Assembly: GCA_902798645.1 (NCBI GenBank)
Contig: CADBXV010000002.1
Coordinates: forward strand, 12,600-76,599
Direction: 5' to 3'
From: an uncultured bacterium
Lineage (GTDB): Bacteria > Cyanobacteriota > Vampirovibrionia > Gastranaerophilales > Gastranaerophilaceae
Length of the DNA: 64,000 nucleotides
Shown here: in pieces, positions 28,921 to 39,034 of the stretch
Position numbering within the stretch: position 1 is the stretch's first letter
Layout: each line of letters begins with the position of its first letter
The notes under the pieces: model-generated
What the model was told of the DNA's origin: nothing
The model's input: only the letters and a program-made list of their open reading frames with translations
Database searches by the model: none
Made by a program: the position numbers and the translations under genes

Positions 28921-29337
28921 ATGAATTTAACAGAACAAAACAAAGAATTAATGAAAAAATTTGAAACAATGATTAATACTGCGGATGAAAAATTGGCAAA
29001 TGAACTTGTAGCACATGATGCTCCGTTCTATACACCGGCAAGCCCTGAGCCTTTATATGGAGGGAAAGGTTATTTATCTGTTGTTCATTGGATGAGAAAA
29101 GGTTTTTCTGATGTTCAATGGCATATAACTGACATGATTGCAGATAAAGATAAAGTTGCAGTAAAATGGGATTTAACCGGAACACACGACGGAGATTTTA
29201 TGGGTATTTCTCCTACCGGTAAAAAGATTTCTGTTTGTGTAATGAATTTTTATTATTTTAATAGTGAAGGTAAAGTTAAAAATGATATTGCCGCTGAAGG
29301 TATGATAGGTATTTTACGCGGAATCGGCGCTATGTAA
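28921..29337 (+). CDS. SnoaL/NTF2-like (ester cyclase-like) protein
   Basis: Size and the pattern ..V.W..TGTH.G.FMGI.PTGK......M.F typical of predicted ester cyclases. Confidence 0.55.
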   Translation: MNLTEQNKELMKKFETMINTADEKLANELVAHDAPFYTPASPEPLYGGKGYLSVVHWMRKGFSDVQWHITDMIADKDKVAVKWDLTGTHDGDFMGISPTGKKISVCVMNFYYFNSEGKVKNDIAAEGMIGILRGIGAM

Positions 29338-29354
29338 TCTTCAATACAATACTA

Positions 29355-30302
29355 CTATTGTATTGAAGATAAATCTTTTTCTTTAAATAAGATTATTGCA
29401 CAAAAGCTCAAAATTGCAGCCCCTATTAATACTTCAAATGGAAATCTTATAAGAAGTGATTTATCTAAAATCATAGGTATTAATAAAATTGCACCGGCAG
29501 GTGGAAAATATATTTTTAATTTATCTAAAGTATAAAATAAAATAATACACGCAAGTGCTGTACATATAAATAACGGTAGTCCCAAAAATTCATTTAAAAC
29601 TAGTCTTAAAGTACAGCCTATAAAAGAAGCAAATGCCATTAAGCCTACAATATATAGCGGCTTTGTTCTTGCAGGGCTTTTTGGATTAGAAAGCTCGGTA
29701 AACATAACTATTAAAGGCGGAGCAAGAAAGTATATCTGATGAGTTTTAAATGGTATCAGAGCAATTAAACAAAAGAAAATTAATAACTTTGACCATTTTA
29801 TCAATTGTGATTTTATATCAAACTCACATGGAACAAAATTATTAACCGGACGAAAATGATATTTTTCCATAAGCCATTGAGCAAAAATTATTATCAGCGA
29901 CATAAGAGAAACTGATATTGGATATATCCAACTGCTTGTACTCAGATATACAGGAAGTATACAAGCAGAAATAATCGGTACAAAGTTTGTCTTAAATAGT
30001 GTCAATATAAATCCGGTAAACGCAAAACATAAGCAAACTTGAAATATCAGAGGCAAAACACAAAATCTCACAACTAACATTCCAAACAGTGCTGCCAAAG
30101 ACATAAGTATAAAAATGCGTCGCTTATTTGTTTTCCAAGGTTGCTGTTCGCTAATCCAAGCACCGATTGTCAATGCACAAATCTCGGGAAATATAATTTC
30201 TGTTTCATGTGAAACTTCAGCAACAAAAACCATAACAAATGCCATGGTTATTCCAAATAAATATCTCTCTATTCTGACTCTCTTTAATATTTCGGCTTTC
30301 AC
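29355..30302 (-). CDS. polytopic integral membrane protein, function unknown
   Basis: Roughly 8-9 hydrophobic segments. Confidence 0.55.
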   Translation of the reverse strand: MKAEILKRVRIERYLFGITMAFVMVFVAEVSHETEIIFPEICALTIGAWISEQQPWKTNKRRIFILMSLAALFGMLVVRFCVLPLIFQVCLCFAFTGFILTLFKTNFVPIISACILPVYLSTSSWIYPISVSLMSLIIIFAQWLMEKYHFRPVNNFVPCEFDIKSQLIKWSKLLIFFCLIALIPFKTHQIYFLAPPLIVMFTELSNPKSPARTKPLYIVGLMAFASFIGCTLRLVLNEFLGLPLFICTALACIILFYTLDKLKIYFPPAGAILLIPMILDKSLLIRFPFEVLIGAAILSFCAIILFKEKDLSSIQ

Positions 30303-30507
30303 GTTAATATAATAAGATAATCAGAAAGAATATTCAAATATAAAATGGAATAATATTTATAAAAATCTGTATGAACTTAATTTTGTGTTGACATAAGAAA
30401 AATTGCGTGCTAACTTGCTATGTAATACATCATCATAAGCTGATTTTTAATACTCATCACTAAAAATATGCCAAAATTATATTCGGCTATAGCAAAGGAT
30501 TTACCAA

Positions 30508-32451
30508 ATGCAAAAAATACAAATTCTTATTATATTGCTTTTCTCACTATGCGTTTTTGCTTCTGAAGATACAAGTATTACGGGCAAATGGGCAGAAAAA
30601 GTATCAGAACGTGTTGTTATGGACATTTTTGCAAATGAAAATAATAAAGAATATCAAATCTTTATAACATGGAGAGAAAATAACCTTGCCCAAAAAGACA
30701 TATACAGATTTAGCGGTAAATCAGACGGGAATAATTGTATAAAATATACAAAAGGAATTCATATATATCGTTATTATAATGAAAATGGCAAGCAAGAAGA
30801 TAAAATTGATTATAACGACGGCTCAGGAATTATAAAAATAGATAATAACAAACTTTTGTGGATTGATAATAAAGATAAAACAACAACAGAATTTATTAGA
30901 GCAAATAAAGATTTATTAAAAGATACTACAGTAAAAAATAAACTCTTTTCAATAACTTTACCGGAAGAATTAAAAGGGTTATATGAAGCAAAAACAGAAA
31001 AAGATAAAATTTCTATCACCCATAAGGATTCTAAAAAATCCGGATTCGGCGGTTTTGCATTCGGAATAAAAGCATACAAAAATCCGGCAGATCACGCAAA
31101 TCTTCCCGGAGGAAAAAAAATCGGAGAATTAACGGATAAAAATGGAAATTTGTATGATATTGTATTAAAACATCCGACAGATGTTCAATATGATTATACA
31201 ATTAGTTCCAAACCGCCTGAAGAATTCAAACTTCTTTATGACATTGGAGATGTTATAAACATCCAAGGCAAAAACGGTACAAAATATTTCAAAAATCAAG
31301 GAATGAAAGGTGAAGATTTATATCAAAGTGTTTTAGAAAAACATTTAACCGCCATAAAAGAAAAATGGGATTCCTCAAAACTTGAAAAAGAAAATATGAG
31401 TTATATGTACAATATAATTCCAAAAAATAAAATCGGATACACATATTTTGATATTAACGCAGACGGAATAGATGAACTCTTGATAGGAGAAATCGCAGAC
31501 GGAAATTGGCAAGGTGTAATCTATGATATTTATACAATGGTAAACAGAACACCACAACATGTAATTAGTGGTGGCACCAGAGATAGGTATTACGTATGTG
31601 ACAACAGTTTCGTTTGTAATGAATATTCATCAGGTGCATTGGAAAGCGGTGTAAGAGTTTATAATTTGGTTGAAAATTCAACAGAACTTTTTCCTCAAAT
31701 AAATTTTAAATATGACGGCTACACAAATCCGACAAAACCATGGTTTTTATCATACTCAGACGAAAAATGGCAAAATTTATCCGAACAAGATTATAAAGAA
31801 AGAAAAAAAATCTTTGAAAAATATGAAAAATTTAACTTTAAACCTTTAATTAATGTTTCTTTAAATAAACCGCTTACAGACAAATATAATTCTAAAAAAG
31901 ATTATTTTGATTATTCTGTAGTATTGACAGAATTCCCTAAAGATTACTATTATACAACTGTAAAAATTGATAAATCAAAAGAACGCATTTTGATTATTAC
32001 AGACAAAGTAAACCAAAACGGCTCATCTTATCACGGTTTATTTTATTATTTTGCAAAAAACGGTTTTGTATATCCGCTTGGATATCTGAAAAGTTCAAAA
32101 CCTCTGACTCAATCAAAAAATTATCTTTATTTGAATGATGGAAACAAAGATATAAAATTTTATATATCAGATAAAAAATTAGAAATTATTAAACCTAAGT
32201 CAAATAAATACGAACAAAAACGTAATATATTATTTGATACAATAGAAAGTGCCGATAAATTTAACGGAGATTTTGGTTCTCCTGCCGGTAACGATATTAA
32301 AAAAGTAAAAATCGACGGATTTTATTTTGAATACCATAAACCTCAATACAAAAAGGAATATATAAAAGAACTAATGCAGGAATGTATAAAAGACGGTGTA
32401 AAAACACAAGTTCAAATGTATTGTTGTATGGTAAAAAAGTTACATCCATAA
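30508..32451 (+). CDS. secreted hypothetical protein (647 aa)
   Basis: Signal peptide MQKIQILIILLFSLCVFA; no motif recognised. Confidence 0.6.
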   Translation: MQKIQILIILLFSLCVFASEDTSITGKWAEKVSERVVMDIFANENNKEYQIFITWRENNLAQKDIYRFSGKSDGNNCIKYTKGIHIYRYYNENGKQEDKIDYNDGSGIIKIDNNKLLWIDNKDKTTTEFIRANKDLLKDTTVKNKLFSITLPEELKGLYEAKTEKDKISITHKDSKKSGFGGFAFGIKAYKNPADHANLPGGKKIGELTDKNGNLYDIVLKHPTDVQYDYTISSKPPEEFKLLYDIGDVINIQGKNGTKYFKNQGMKGEDLYQSVLEKHLTAIKEKWDSSKLEKENMSYMYNIIPKNKIGYTYFDINADGIDELLIGEIADGNWQGVIYDIYTMVNRTPQHVISGGTRDRYYVCDNSFVCNEYSSGALESGVRVYNLVENSTELFPQINFKYDGYTNPTKPWFLSYSDEKWQNLSEQDYKERKKIFEKYEKFNFKPLINVSLNKPLTDKYNSKKDYFDYSVVLTEFPKDYYYTTVKIDKSKERILIITDKVNQNGSSYHGLFYYFAKNGFVYPLGYLKSSKPLTQSKNYLYLNDGNKDIKFYISDKKLEIIKPKSNKYEQKRNILFDTIESADKFNGDFGSPAGNDIKKVKIDGFYFEYHKPQYKKEYIKELMQECIKDGVKTQVQMYCCMVKKLHP

Positions 32452-32465
32452 TTTAATAAAATCTA

Positions 32466-32490
32466 AGGGTGCGTCAAAATAACGCACCCT
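32466..32490. terminator. bidirectional terminator between convergent genes
   Basis: AGGGTGCGT-caaaata-ACGCACCCT. Confidence 0.65.
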
Positions 32491-32514
32491 CATAAATTTT
32501 TCAATAAAAATATA

Positions 32515-33708
32515 TTATAGTGATTCTTTATAAATTGCAGAAACAGCTTCTCTTGTTGCTTTTGTAGGTGCTATACCCAACAGTCCGTCTAGTGATGGTG
32601 TTGTAAAAGCAAGTTCTGTAAGTTTTTCTACATCAGATTCAGTAAATCCCTCATCTTTCAGCTTATTGGGAACATCTACTGATTTAAGCCATTCATATAC
32701 ACCTTGTGCTGCCTTATCTGCACTTGACATATCTTTTACGATAGGTTCCAAAATATATTTTAGAGTTTCTGCTTTTGCGGAATAAATATTCCTAATAACT
32801 GCCGGCAGTAATATTGCCAAACCTAAGCCATGTGAAAAATCAGGTTTCATTGCACTTAGAGGATGTTCAAGAGCATGAGTATAATGTAACAATCCGTTAT
32901 CAAAGCATACACCTGCTATCATTGCTGCATAGCACAAATAATATCTGGCTTCTTTATCTTGAGGATTAGCAATTGCTTTTGGTAAGTATTTCCCAACAAG
33001 TTCTACTGTTTCTCTTGCAAGAGTAACCGCATACGGTGATGCAACAACTGAAGTCGAAGCCTCAACAACATGATTAACTGCATCAATAGAAACATATCTT
33101 GTTTGTTTTGGTGAAAGACCGATCATTAAATCAGGATCGTCAATTGCAAATTCCGGATAAATACAATCATACGCAATCGCAGGTTTATAATTTTTTTCTA
33201 ATATTGTCGCAACGGCAAATCTGTTTGTTTCACTTCCTGTACCATGAGTTAAATTTATCGCAACAATAGGCACTGCGTCTGTAGGTATAAATTTAAATTC
33301 ATATAAATTACTTCCTGTTTCATTAGGATATTTAAGTAATATAGCAACCGATTTACCTGCATCCGTAGGAGAACCGCCGCCTATAGTAACAACGGCTTTG
33401 GCTCCGAACTCTCTTGCCATTTTTGTTGCTTCATCAATTGCATCGGTTGTTGGATTTGGAGTAACTTTGTCATAATTAATATAACCTATATTATTGTCTT
33501 TTAAAGCTTTTTCAACGACATCCCAAGCTCCTGTTGATTTATAAGCATTTCTGCCTGACATTACGACTATTTTATCTATGCCTCTTTCTGAATAAAGTTT
33601 TGCAATATCATTTATTTTTTGAATCGCACCGCATCCGAAATAAACAGTTGTACGAGTCCTAATCTCTTTTACTTCATTTACGTTTAAGTCTTTTTCCCAG
33701 TTAAACAT
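32515..33708 (-). CDS. iron-containing (group III) alcohol dehydrogenase
   Basis: GGGSPTDAGK, metal-binding H..EH region (HALEHPLSA). Confidence 0.85.
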   Translation of the reverse strand: MFNWEKDLNVNEVKEIRTRTTVYFGCGAIQKINDIAKLYSERGIDKIVVMSGRNAYKSTGAWDVVEKALKDNNIGYINYDKVTPNPTTDAIDEATKMAREFGAKAVVTIGGGSPTDAGKSVAILLKYPNETGSNLYEFKFIPTDAVPIVAINLTHGTGSETNRFAVATILEKNYKPAIAYDCIYPEFAIDDPDLMIGLSPKQTRYVSIDAVNHVVEASTSVVASPYAVTLARETVELVGKYLPKAIANPQDKEARYYLCYAAMIAGVCFDNGLLHYTHALEHPLSAMKPDFSHGLGLAILLPAVIRNIYSAKAETLKYILEPIVKDMSSADKAAQGVYEWLKSVDVPNKLKDEGFTESDVEKLTELAFTTPSLDGLLGIAPTKATREAVSAIYKESL

Positions 33709-33735
33709 ATAAACTCTCCTTTCACTTATAATATT

Positions 33736-34152
33736 TTATCTTATATAAAATTCTTTTTTATTATTAATTATTTTAATTAAATTCCCTGATAAATCGTGTA
33801 CAAAATCATTAATATAGTTTTTTCCTGATTTTGATTGAAAATCATCTATAAAATGTTTAAACCCATTCTCTATTTTTGTATATGATTTTCGTTTATATTC
33901 TTGCGTGGAACTTTTGAATGTTTCTATTATTCCTTCTTCATTTTCTGACTCATAATAATCTTTATGCAAATGCTCTAAAACATTACCTCGTTTATCAAAA
34001 GTTTTTGAATCGACATCACGACTAAACTCATCGTATTCTATTCTCTTAATTAAAACATCATTGTCATCAGAATGTTCGACAACAGTATTTTTACCAATTT
34101 TATACGAGTGTTGCTTTCCTAAAAAAACTATGTTTTTAAACGAAATTTTCAT
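33736..34152 (-). CDS. hypothetical protein (138 aa) inside the hydrogenase operon
   Basis: ORF only; tight spacing with the flanking genes. Confidence 0.45.
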   Translation of the reverse strand: MKISFKNIVFLGKQHSYKIGKNTVVEHSDDNDVLIKRIEYDEFSRDVDSKTFDKRGNVLEHLHKDYYESENEEGIIETFKSSTQEYKRKSYTKIENGFKHFIDDFQSKSGKNYINDFVHDLSGNLIKIINNKKEFYIR

Positions 34153-34153
34153 T

Positions 34154-35602
34154 TTAAATTTTTTCTATATCTTTACTTTCATTAGAAAGCTGTTCGATTA
34201 ATTTTTTTGCTGTTTTTTGGTTATTTATTGTTGCATTACCGCCTATACAACCGCCTTCGCAACACATTACTTCAACCATGTTACACCCGTCCTCACAAGT
34301 TCCGGACGTTGCATATTTTTTCAACTGTCTTATTGAATCCTTATTTAATCCGTTTATTATACAAGGCTTAATAGATTCTTCATCATTAAGAGCTGATTTT
34401 ACAGAATCTGCAACACCACCCGTAAATCCAAAATTACGAGCTTGTTTAGATGATTCCACAGCATATTTTGCCGGTTCACAATCCATTATCTGAATTTGCT
34501 TTGCAATAAATAATGCCCCTAGTTCTTCATAGTTCATTACATAGTCAACATTTTTATTCTCAAAACTTTCCGCACGTTTTGCAACACAAGGACTAACAAA
34601 AACAGCAACCGCTTCAGGAAATTCTTTTTTAACAAGCTCTGCTGTATAATACATAGGAGTCTTTGTATCTGATACAAAAGGTTTAATTTCCGGCAAATGT
34701 TTCTTAATCAATTGATTATATCCAGCACAGCAAGATGTTGTCATAAATGAATCACCTTTTTCCATACGTTCCACAAACTCTTTTGCCTCATTTGTTGCCG
34801 TAATATCCGCACCTTGTGCAACTTCATAAACATCATCAAATCCTGCTTTAATAATAGCAGACTTAAGCTGATAAATATTTCCTGGAAATTGTCCTGCAAT
34901 AGATGGTGCAATCATCGCAATAACTTTCTTTTCAGATTTTATTGCTTTCAATATGTCAATTATTTGGCTTTTTTCATGAACTGCACCAAACGGACAAGCT
35001 GCCGTACATCTTCCGCAGTTTATACATTTTGTGTAATCAATACTTGCAAATCCTGTTTCATCTTTCTTTATCGCACCTACAGGACAAGAATCTTCGCATG
35101 GAACGGTAATTTTTACTATTGCATTATACGGACAAGCATTCACACACATTTTGCATTTTTTGCACTTTTCATCATCTATAACAGATTTGCCGTTTACAAT
35201 AGATACCGCCCCAAATTTACAAGCAGTAGTACAAGGTCTTGCAACACAGCCTTGACACAAATCAGTTACATAAATTCTGTTTGTTGCACAACCTTTACAA
35301 GCAGCTTGTAATACAGTTAAGTTCTTATCGTCAATCTCTGTTCTTTCCAAAGCTCTTTTTGCATAAGTTCCCAGTGATACCGTTTCATCATCTTCTTCTA
35401 TAGGAAATCCCAAACCTGCTATCGTTCTGTCTTTAATAATAGCTCTCTCTTTATAAATACAACATCTGTATGGAACTTCCATTCCTTTTGGACGCATTGC
35501 AAAGGGAATTAGCCTTGTTTGTTCTTCAAAATTATCTGATAAAAATGCTTTTATAATTCTGACTAATATTTCTTTCTTTAAATGTATTGCTTGTCCTGCC
35601 AT
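34154..35602 (-). CDS. [FeFe]-hydrogenase, catalytic-type H-domain with N-terminal 4Fe-4S ferredoxin modules
   Basis: Two C..C..C...CP motifs; H-cluster motifs MTTSCCAG (L1), VSPCVAKRAE (L2), EVMCCEGGCIGG (L3). Confidence 0.8.
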   Translation of the reverse strand: MAGQAIHLKKEILVRIIKAFLSDNFEEQTRLIPFAMRPKGMEVPYRCCIYKERAIIKDRTIAGLGFPIEEDDETVSLGTYAKRALERTEIDDKNLTVLQAACKGCATNRIYVTDLCQGCVARPCTTACKFGAVSIVNGKSVIDDEKCKKCKMCVNACPYNAIVKITVPCEDSCPVGAIKKDETGFASIDYTKCINCGRCTAACPFGAVHEKSQIIDILKAIKSEKKVIAMIAPSIAGQFPGNIYQLKSAIIKAGFDDVYEVAQGADITATNEAKEFVERMEKGDSFMTTSCCAGYNQLIKKHLPEIKPFVSDTKTPMYYTAELVKKEFPEAVAVFVSPCVAKRAESFENKNVDYVMNYEELGALFIAKQIQIMDCEPAKYAVESSKQARNFGFTGGVADSVKSALNDEESIKPCIINGLNKDSIRQLKKYATSGTCEDGCNMVEVMCCEGGCIGGNATINNQKTAKKLIEQLSNESKDIEKI

Positions 35603-35606
35603 TTGT

Positions 35607-35861
35607 CTATCCTAATTTCTTATCTATTACTTCTAATACTTTTTCTACAGTAGCTTCGGTAACAACTTCATCATCTACTTTTACATATGGTGCTTTTGAA
35701 TATTCCCAATTAATTGAACATAATCCTAAACAGTTGCTTCCCATAACTTCAACCTTATCACCATATTTTTGAGGAATAATATCATTTAATTCCTGTAAGT
35801 TATTTCCGCCCATTACAAAACAAGTTGTTCCTAAACATACTTTTACTTCTACTTTTGCCAT
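35607..35861 (-). CDS. thioredoxin-like [2Fe-2S] ferredoxin (NuoE/HydC-like)
   Basis: VCLGTTCFVMGG....CLGLC four-Cys pattern, 84 aa. Confidence 0.65.
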   Translation of the reverse strand: MAKVEVKVCLGTTCFVMGGNNLQELNDIIPQKYGDKVEVMGSNCLGLCSINWEYSKAPYVKVDDEVVTEATVEKVLEVIDKKLG

Positions 35862-35872
35862 AATAAACTCCT

Positions 35873-37030
35873 TTATACAAACTGTACGTTAACCTTTTTC
35901 AAATATTTTTCTTCCAACACGGATGCCATCTGTTTTATTATATTTTTTCTAATCTCAATTTCAATAGGTAAATTTGGATCATAATGCGCTTTATTCATTT
36001 GTGCACCTACCAAGAAGTATATCACATCACTGTCAAGAAGAAAATCCATCAATGTTTTTGCTGCATTTTCTTCACTCTTTCCGCTTTCAAGGTATTCTAA
36101 TGTTTTTGTTAGTGTTAAGATACCCTCTGTTACTAAATCAACACCTTTCATTTCTGAAAGACCGGGAAGTCTTCCTGAATTCATCGATAACTTCGCTATT
36201 ACGGGAATATTTAGTTCTCTTGATATAATATTAGCGGTTGTTCCGCCGGATATGGCTTTTTTTCCTTTAAATTCCATAAAAAACTTAGCGTAATAACTAT
36301 CTTTTTCCTGATGATAAGGAGGACCGGTAAATATTAACGATTCTCGCGGATCTCTGCAATAAATTGACACAACAGAAGTGTCGTCTTTAAGTTCTCGGTT
36401 TGGTGCAATTAATTCAATCTGCTTAACCAAATAATCCGCAAGTTTTTGAGATGATATTTCAGGTTCTTGTTCTAATTTATGCAAAATAATCTTTATAAGT
36501 CCATCTCTTTCTAACCCGAGCGGATACTGCTTTGTACCCATTGCAACCTGAGTTGCTCCGTCAGAACAAAAGATTATTCTGTCATATTTCTCAAGCTTAA
36601 TATTATAAACTTTCATCTTTCTGTTCTTAAAATCTTTTGATTGAATTGTCTGACACTCAGGTTTTAAAACTTCACCTCCTCTAATCCAAATAAAGTCGGG
36701 ATTTCCTTCTTCAACTATTTTTGCTTTTCCGTTTTCAAAACAATCAATAGCCGAAAAAGTAGAATAGCTAATACCTCTGACTTTACACACAGGAAGTGAG
36801 TTCATGATAATTTCACAAGATTGTTCTATATCAGAATGATTTTCCATAAATTTGAGAAGCATTGTCGAGGTCATACAAGCAAGAATATTTGCTTTTATTC
36901 CGCTTCCAAGACCATCTGATAAAACAGCTACAACCCTGTTCATATTAGGAAAACGGTTTGATGCAAAATAATCTCCGTATGCATTTTGATTATATTTCTT
37001 TTTTTGTGAACAAGCTATATCAATAAACAT
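35873..37030 (-). CDS. SpoIIE/PP2C-family serine phosphatase with a C-terminal extension
   Basis: YGDYF...VAVLSDGLGSGIKA...IIFCSDGAT pattern of SpoIIE/RsbU-type phosphatases. Confidence 0.65.
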   Translation of the reverse strand: MFIDIACSQKKKYNQNAYGDYFASNRFPNMNRVVAVLSDGLGSGIKANILACMTSTMLLKFMENHSDIEQSCEIIMNSLPVCKVRGISYSTFSAIDCFENGKAKIVEEGNPDFIWIRGGEVLKPECQTIQSKDFKNRKMKVYNIKLEKYDRIIFCSDGATQVAMGTKQYPLGLERDGLIKIILHKLEQEPEISSQKLADYLVKQIELIAPNRELKDDTSVVSIYCRDPRESLIFTGPPYHQEKDSYYAKFFMEFKGKKAISGGTTANIISRELNIPVIAKLSMNSGRLPGLSEMKGVDLVTEGILTLTKTLEYLESGKSEENAAKTLMDFLLDSDVIYFLVGAQMNKAHYDPNLPIEIEIRKNIIKQMASVLEEKYLKKVNVQFV

Positions 37031-38760
37031 TAAACTTTTTTATCCTCATTTGTATTAGGGTCATAACCTTCTGCAATAGAATTCAATAACAGTTCCGTCT
37101 CCACCATATGTTCACCTAGCAGACTTGCAATCTCTTGAACTGTTGCAATATTTTTCGTAATAACTTCTCTTGCCTTTTGAGCAATCTTACTTCTATCCAT
37201 CTCTGATTTTGTAACATCTGATATCACAGCACCTACAAGTTCGTTATCTTCAATTGTAAATATACTTATATCAAAAACCTTGTCTTCAAGTGCGTAGTGC
37301 TCTTGGTGTATGTCTTTGCCTGTATCAAGAGCTGATTTAAATAATTCACTGAACGGTACAATTCTATCAATAGCTGCACCTGTTAATCCGTCTTGACGGG
37401 ATGCAAAGACTTCATACATATCTTCAGATAAAAACATATGTTCAAAAGAATCATTTGCTTCCACAATTTCCATATTTGAATCAACTATAACAACCGCAGA
37501 AGGCATACATCTAAGCATAGCTGCAGCCTTTCTGACGGCTATCTTTCTCATATATGAAACACACTGAGAAGGTTCTGCATCTCCGGCAATCAAAGCATTT
37601 ACAAACTCTCTGCAGCTTGCGTAACCGCAACCTGAGCAATTTAATTCATCTTCCTCTGTATGCTTGCTTATTTTTCTTAATGCTTTTGTAACCTGTTCAA
37701 TTGAGTATTCAACAGCTTCGACAGGCATTGGTGTATATTCTTTATTAACAACTTTTCTTGGTTCTTTAGGAACATTATCACGATATTGAGTATTTGCATA
37801 AATATCTGACGTAATCAAAATTCGGGATTTTTCACTTGATAAGCACGGTCCGTTTATACAACCGCCTGAACAGCCTAATGCTTCAACAAAAATTTTGTTT
37901 TCTATTTTATCAGGACTAATATTTTGCAATGATCTGTCAAAACTTTCCAAAGAACTTACACCGATAAATGTAACGTCATCCTTATCTATACCAACTCTTT
38001 TTATTGTTTCATTCATTCCGCCTTCTATAGGATATAAAGCACCTTCATAAGAAGCTTCCGGAACAAATTTGCAATTTTCATCCGTTTCTATAGTTTCAAC
38101 ATCAATAAATTCTTCTTTTATCCAGTAATTTAACTCATCAAATGTCAACGCTGCAGACATTAATTCAGGATGAGCATCTGCTTCATTTTTCTTTGCAATA
38201 CAAGGTCCTATGAATACTATCTTTATATCCTCACCAAGCATATCCTTTAATAATCCGCAATGAGTAAGAGCAGGAGATGCAATCGGTGTAATACATTTTG
38301 CAAATTCAGGCTTGTATAACCTTATATAATCATCAATTACAGGACAAGCAGAAGATATAAACAGTCCTTTATCGGCTTGATTAAGCATCTTAGCTGTTTG
38401 TATAGAAACTTCCTGCGCGCCCAGAGCCGTTTCGGAAACACCTGCAAAACCAAGTTTTTTCAATACCGCAATCATTTTTTCTTTAGAAAAATCATATACG
38501 CCTGCCCAGCTTGGCGCAAGAGATACATACACCTTTTTCCCTGTCAAAAAGAGAGCTTTTACAACATCTATATCATTTCTGACTTTTTTTGCCCCTGCAG
38601 GACATATTGTTACACAATGTCCGCAAGCTATACATTTTTCATTTATTACGGATGCACTTCCGCTCTGAATACGAATAGCTTTAATATGACAGCCTCTGAT
38701 ACATTTATAACAGTCATTACATTCGTTTTTTAAGGTGTAAACAGGATATTGCTTTTCCAT
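37030..38760 (-). CDS. sensory-type [FeFe]-hydrogenase-like protein with a C-terminal PAS domain (HydS/HfsB-like)
   Basis: N-terminal 4Fe-4S motifs; H-domain motifs ISSACP (L1, first Cys replaced by Ala), IGPCIAKKNE (L2), EALGCSGGCINGP (L3); extra CSGCGYASC...C motif; PAS-like MPSAVVIVDSNMEIVEANDSFEHMF. Confidence 0.75.
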   Translation of the reverse strand: MEKQYPVYTLKNECNDCYKCIRGCHIKAIRIQSGSASVINEKCIACGHCVTICPAGAKKVRNDIDVVKALFLTGKKVYVSLAPSWAGVYDFSKEKMIAVLKKLGFAGVSETALGAQEVSIQTAKMLNQADKGLFISSACPVIDDYIRLYKPEFAKCITPIASPALTHCGLLKDMLGEDIKIVFIGPCIAKKNEADAHPELMSAALTFDELNYWIKEEFIDVETIETDENCKFVPEASYEGALYPIEGGMNETIKRVGIDKDDVTFIGVSSLESFDRSLQNISPDKIENKIFVEALGCSGGCINGPCLSSEKSRILITSDIYANTQYRDNVPKEPRKVVNKEYTPMPVEAVEYSIEQVTKALRKISKHTEEDELNCSGCGYASCREFVNALIAGDAEPSQCVSYMRKIAVRKAAAMLRCMPSAVVIVDSNMEIVEANDSFEHMFLSEDMYEVFASRQDGLTGAAIDRIVPFSELFKSALDTGKDIHQEHYALEDKVFDISIFTIEDNELVGAVISDVTKSEMDRSKIAQKAREVITKNIATVQEIASLLGEHMVETELLLNSIAEGYDPNTNEDKKV

Positions 38761-38779
38761 ACTTTTATGCCCCTTTTTA

Positions 38780-39034
38780 TTAGCCTAAGTTCATAATTTT
38801 CCTATATGATTCTAATACTTCAAATATCTTTTCTTGCGTAACATTTGTATATTCTTTTTCATTTATAATGATTCTCGGACCTTCAGAACATTTGTTTTCA
38901 CACAATGCACCTACAATCGAGATATCTGCTTCCAATCCGTTTTCTTTAATATAATTTTTTATATAATCCAAATTGTCCAAATTGCCCTTAGCAAAACAGG
39001 CACTGCCCATGCATACTTTTATTTCAGTTGTCAT
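38780..39034 (-). CDS. thioredoxin-like [2Fe-2S] ferredoxin (NuoE/HydC-like)
   Basis: VCMGSACFAKGN....CENKCSEGP, 84 aa; paralogue of 35607..35861. Confidence 0.65.
   Translation of the reverse strand: MTTEIKVCMGSACFAKGNLDNLDYIKNYIKENGLEADISIVGALCENKCSEGPRIIINEKEYTNVTQEKIFEVLESYRKIMNLG

Noticed and set aside
32251-32258. Additional GCCGATAA or GCCGATAT matches at 32251, 13095 and 17361, and reverse-strand matches at 38366 and 54354, as further sigma-28 promoters
   Set aside because: All lie inside coding sequences and none has TAAA at the 15-nt spacing.
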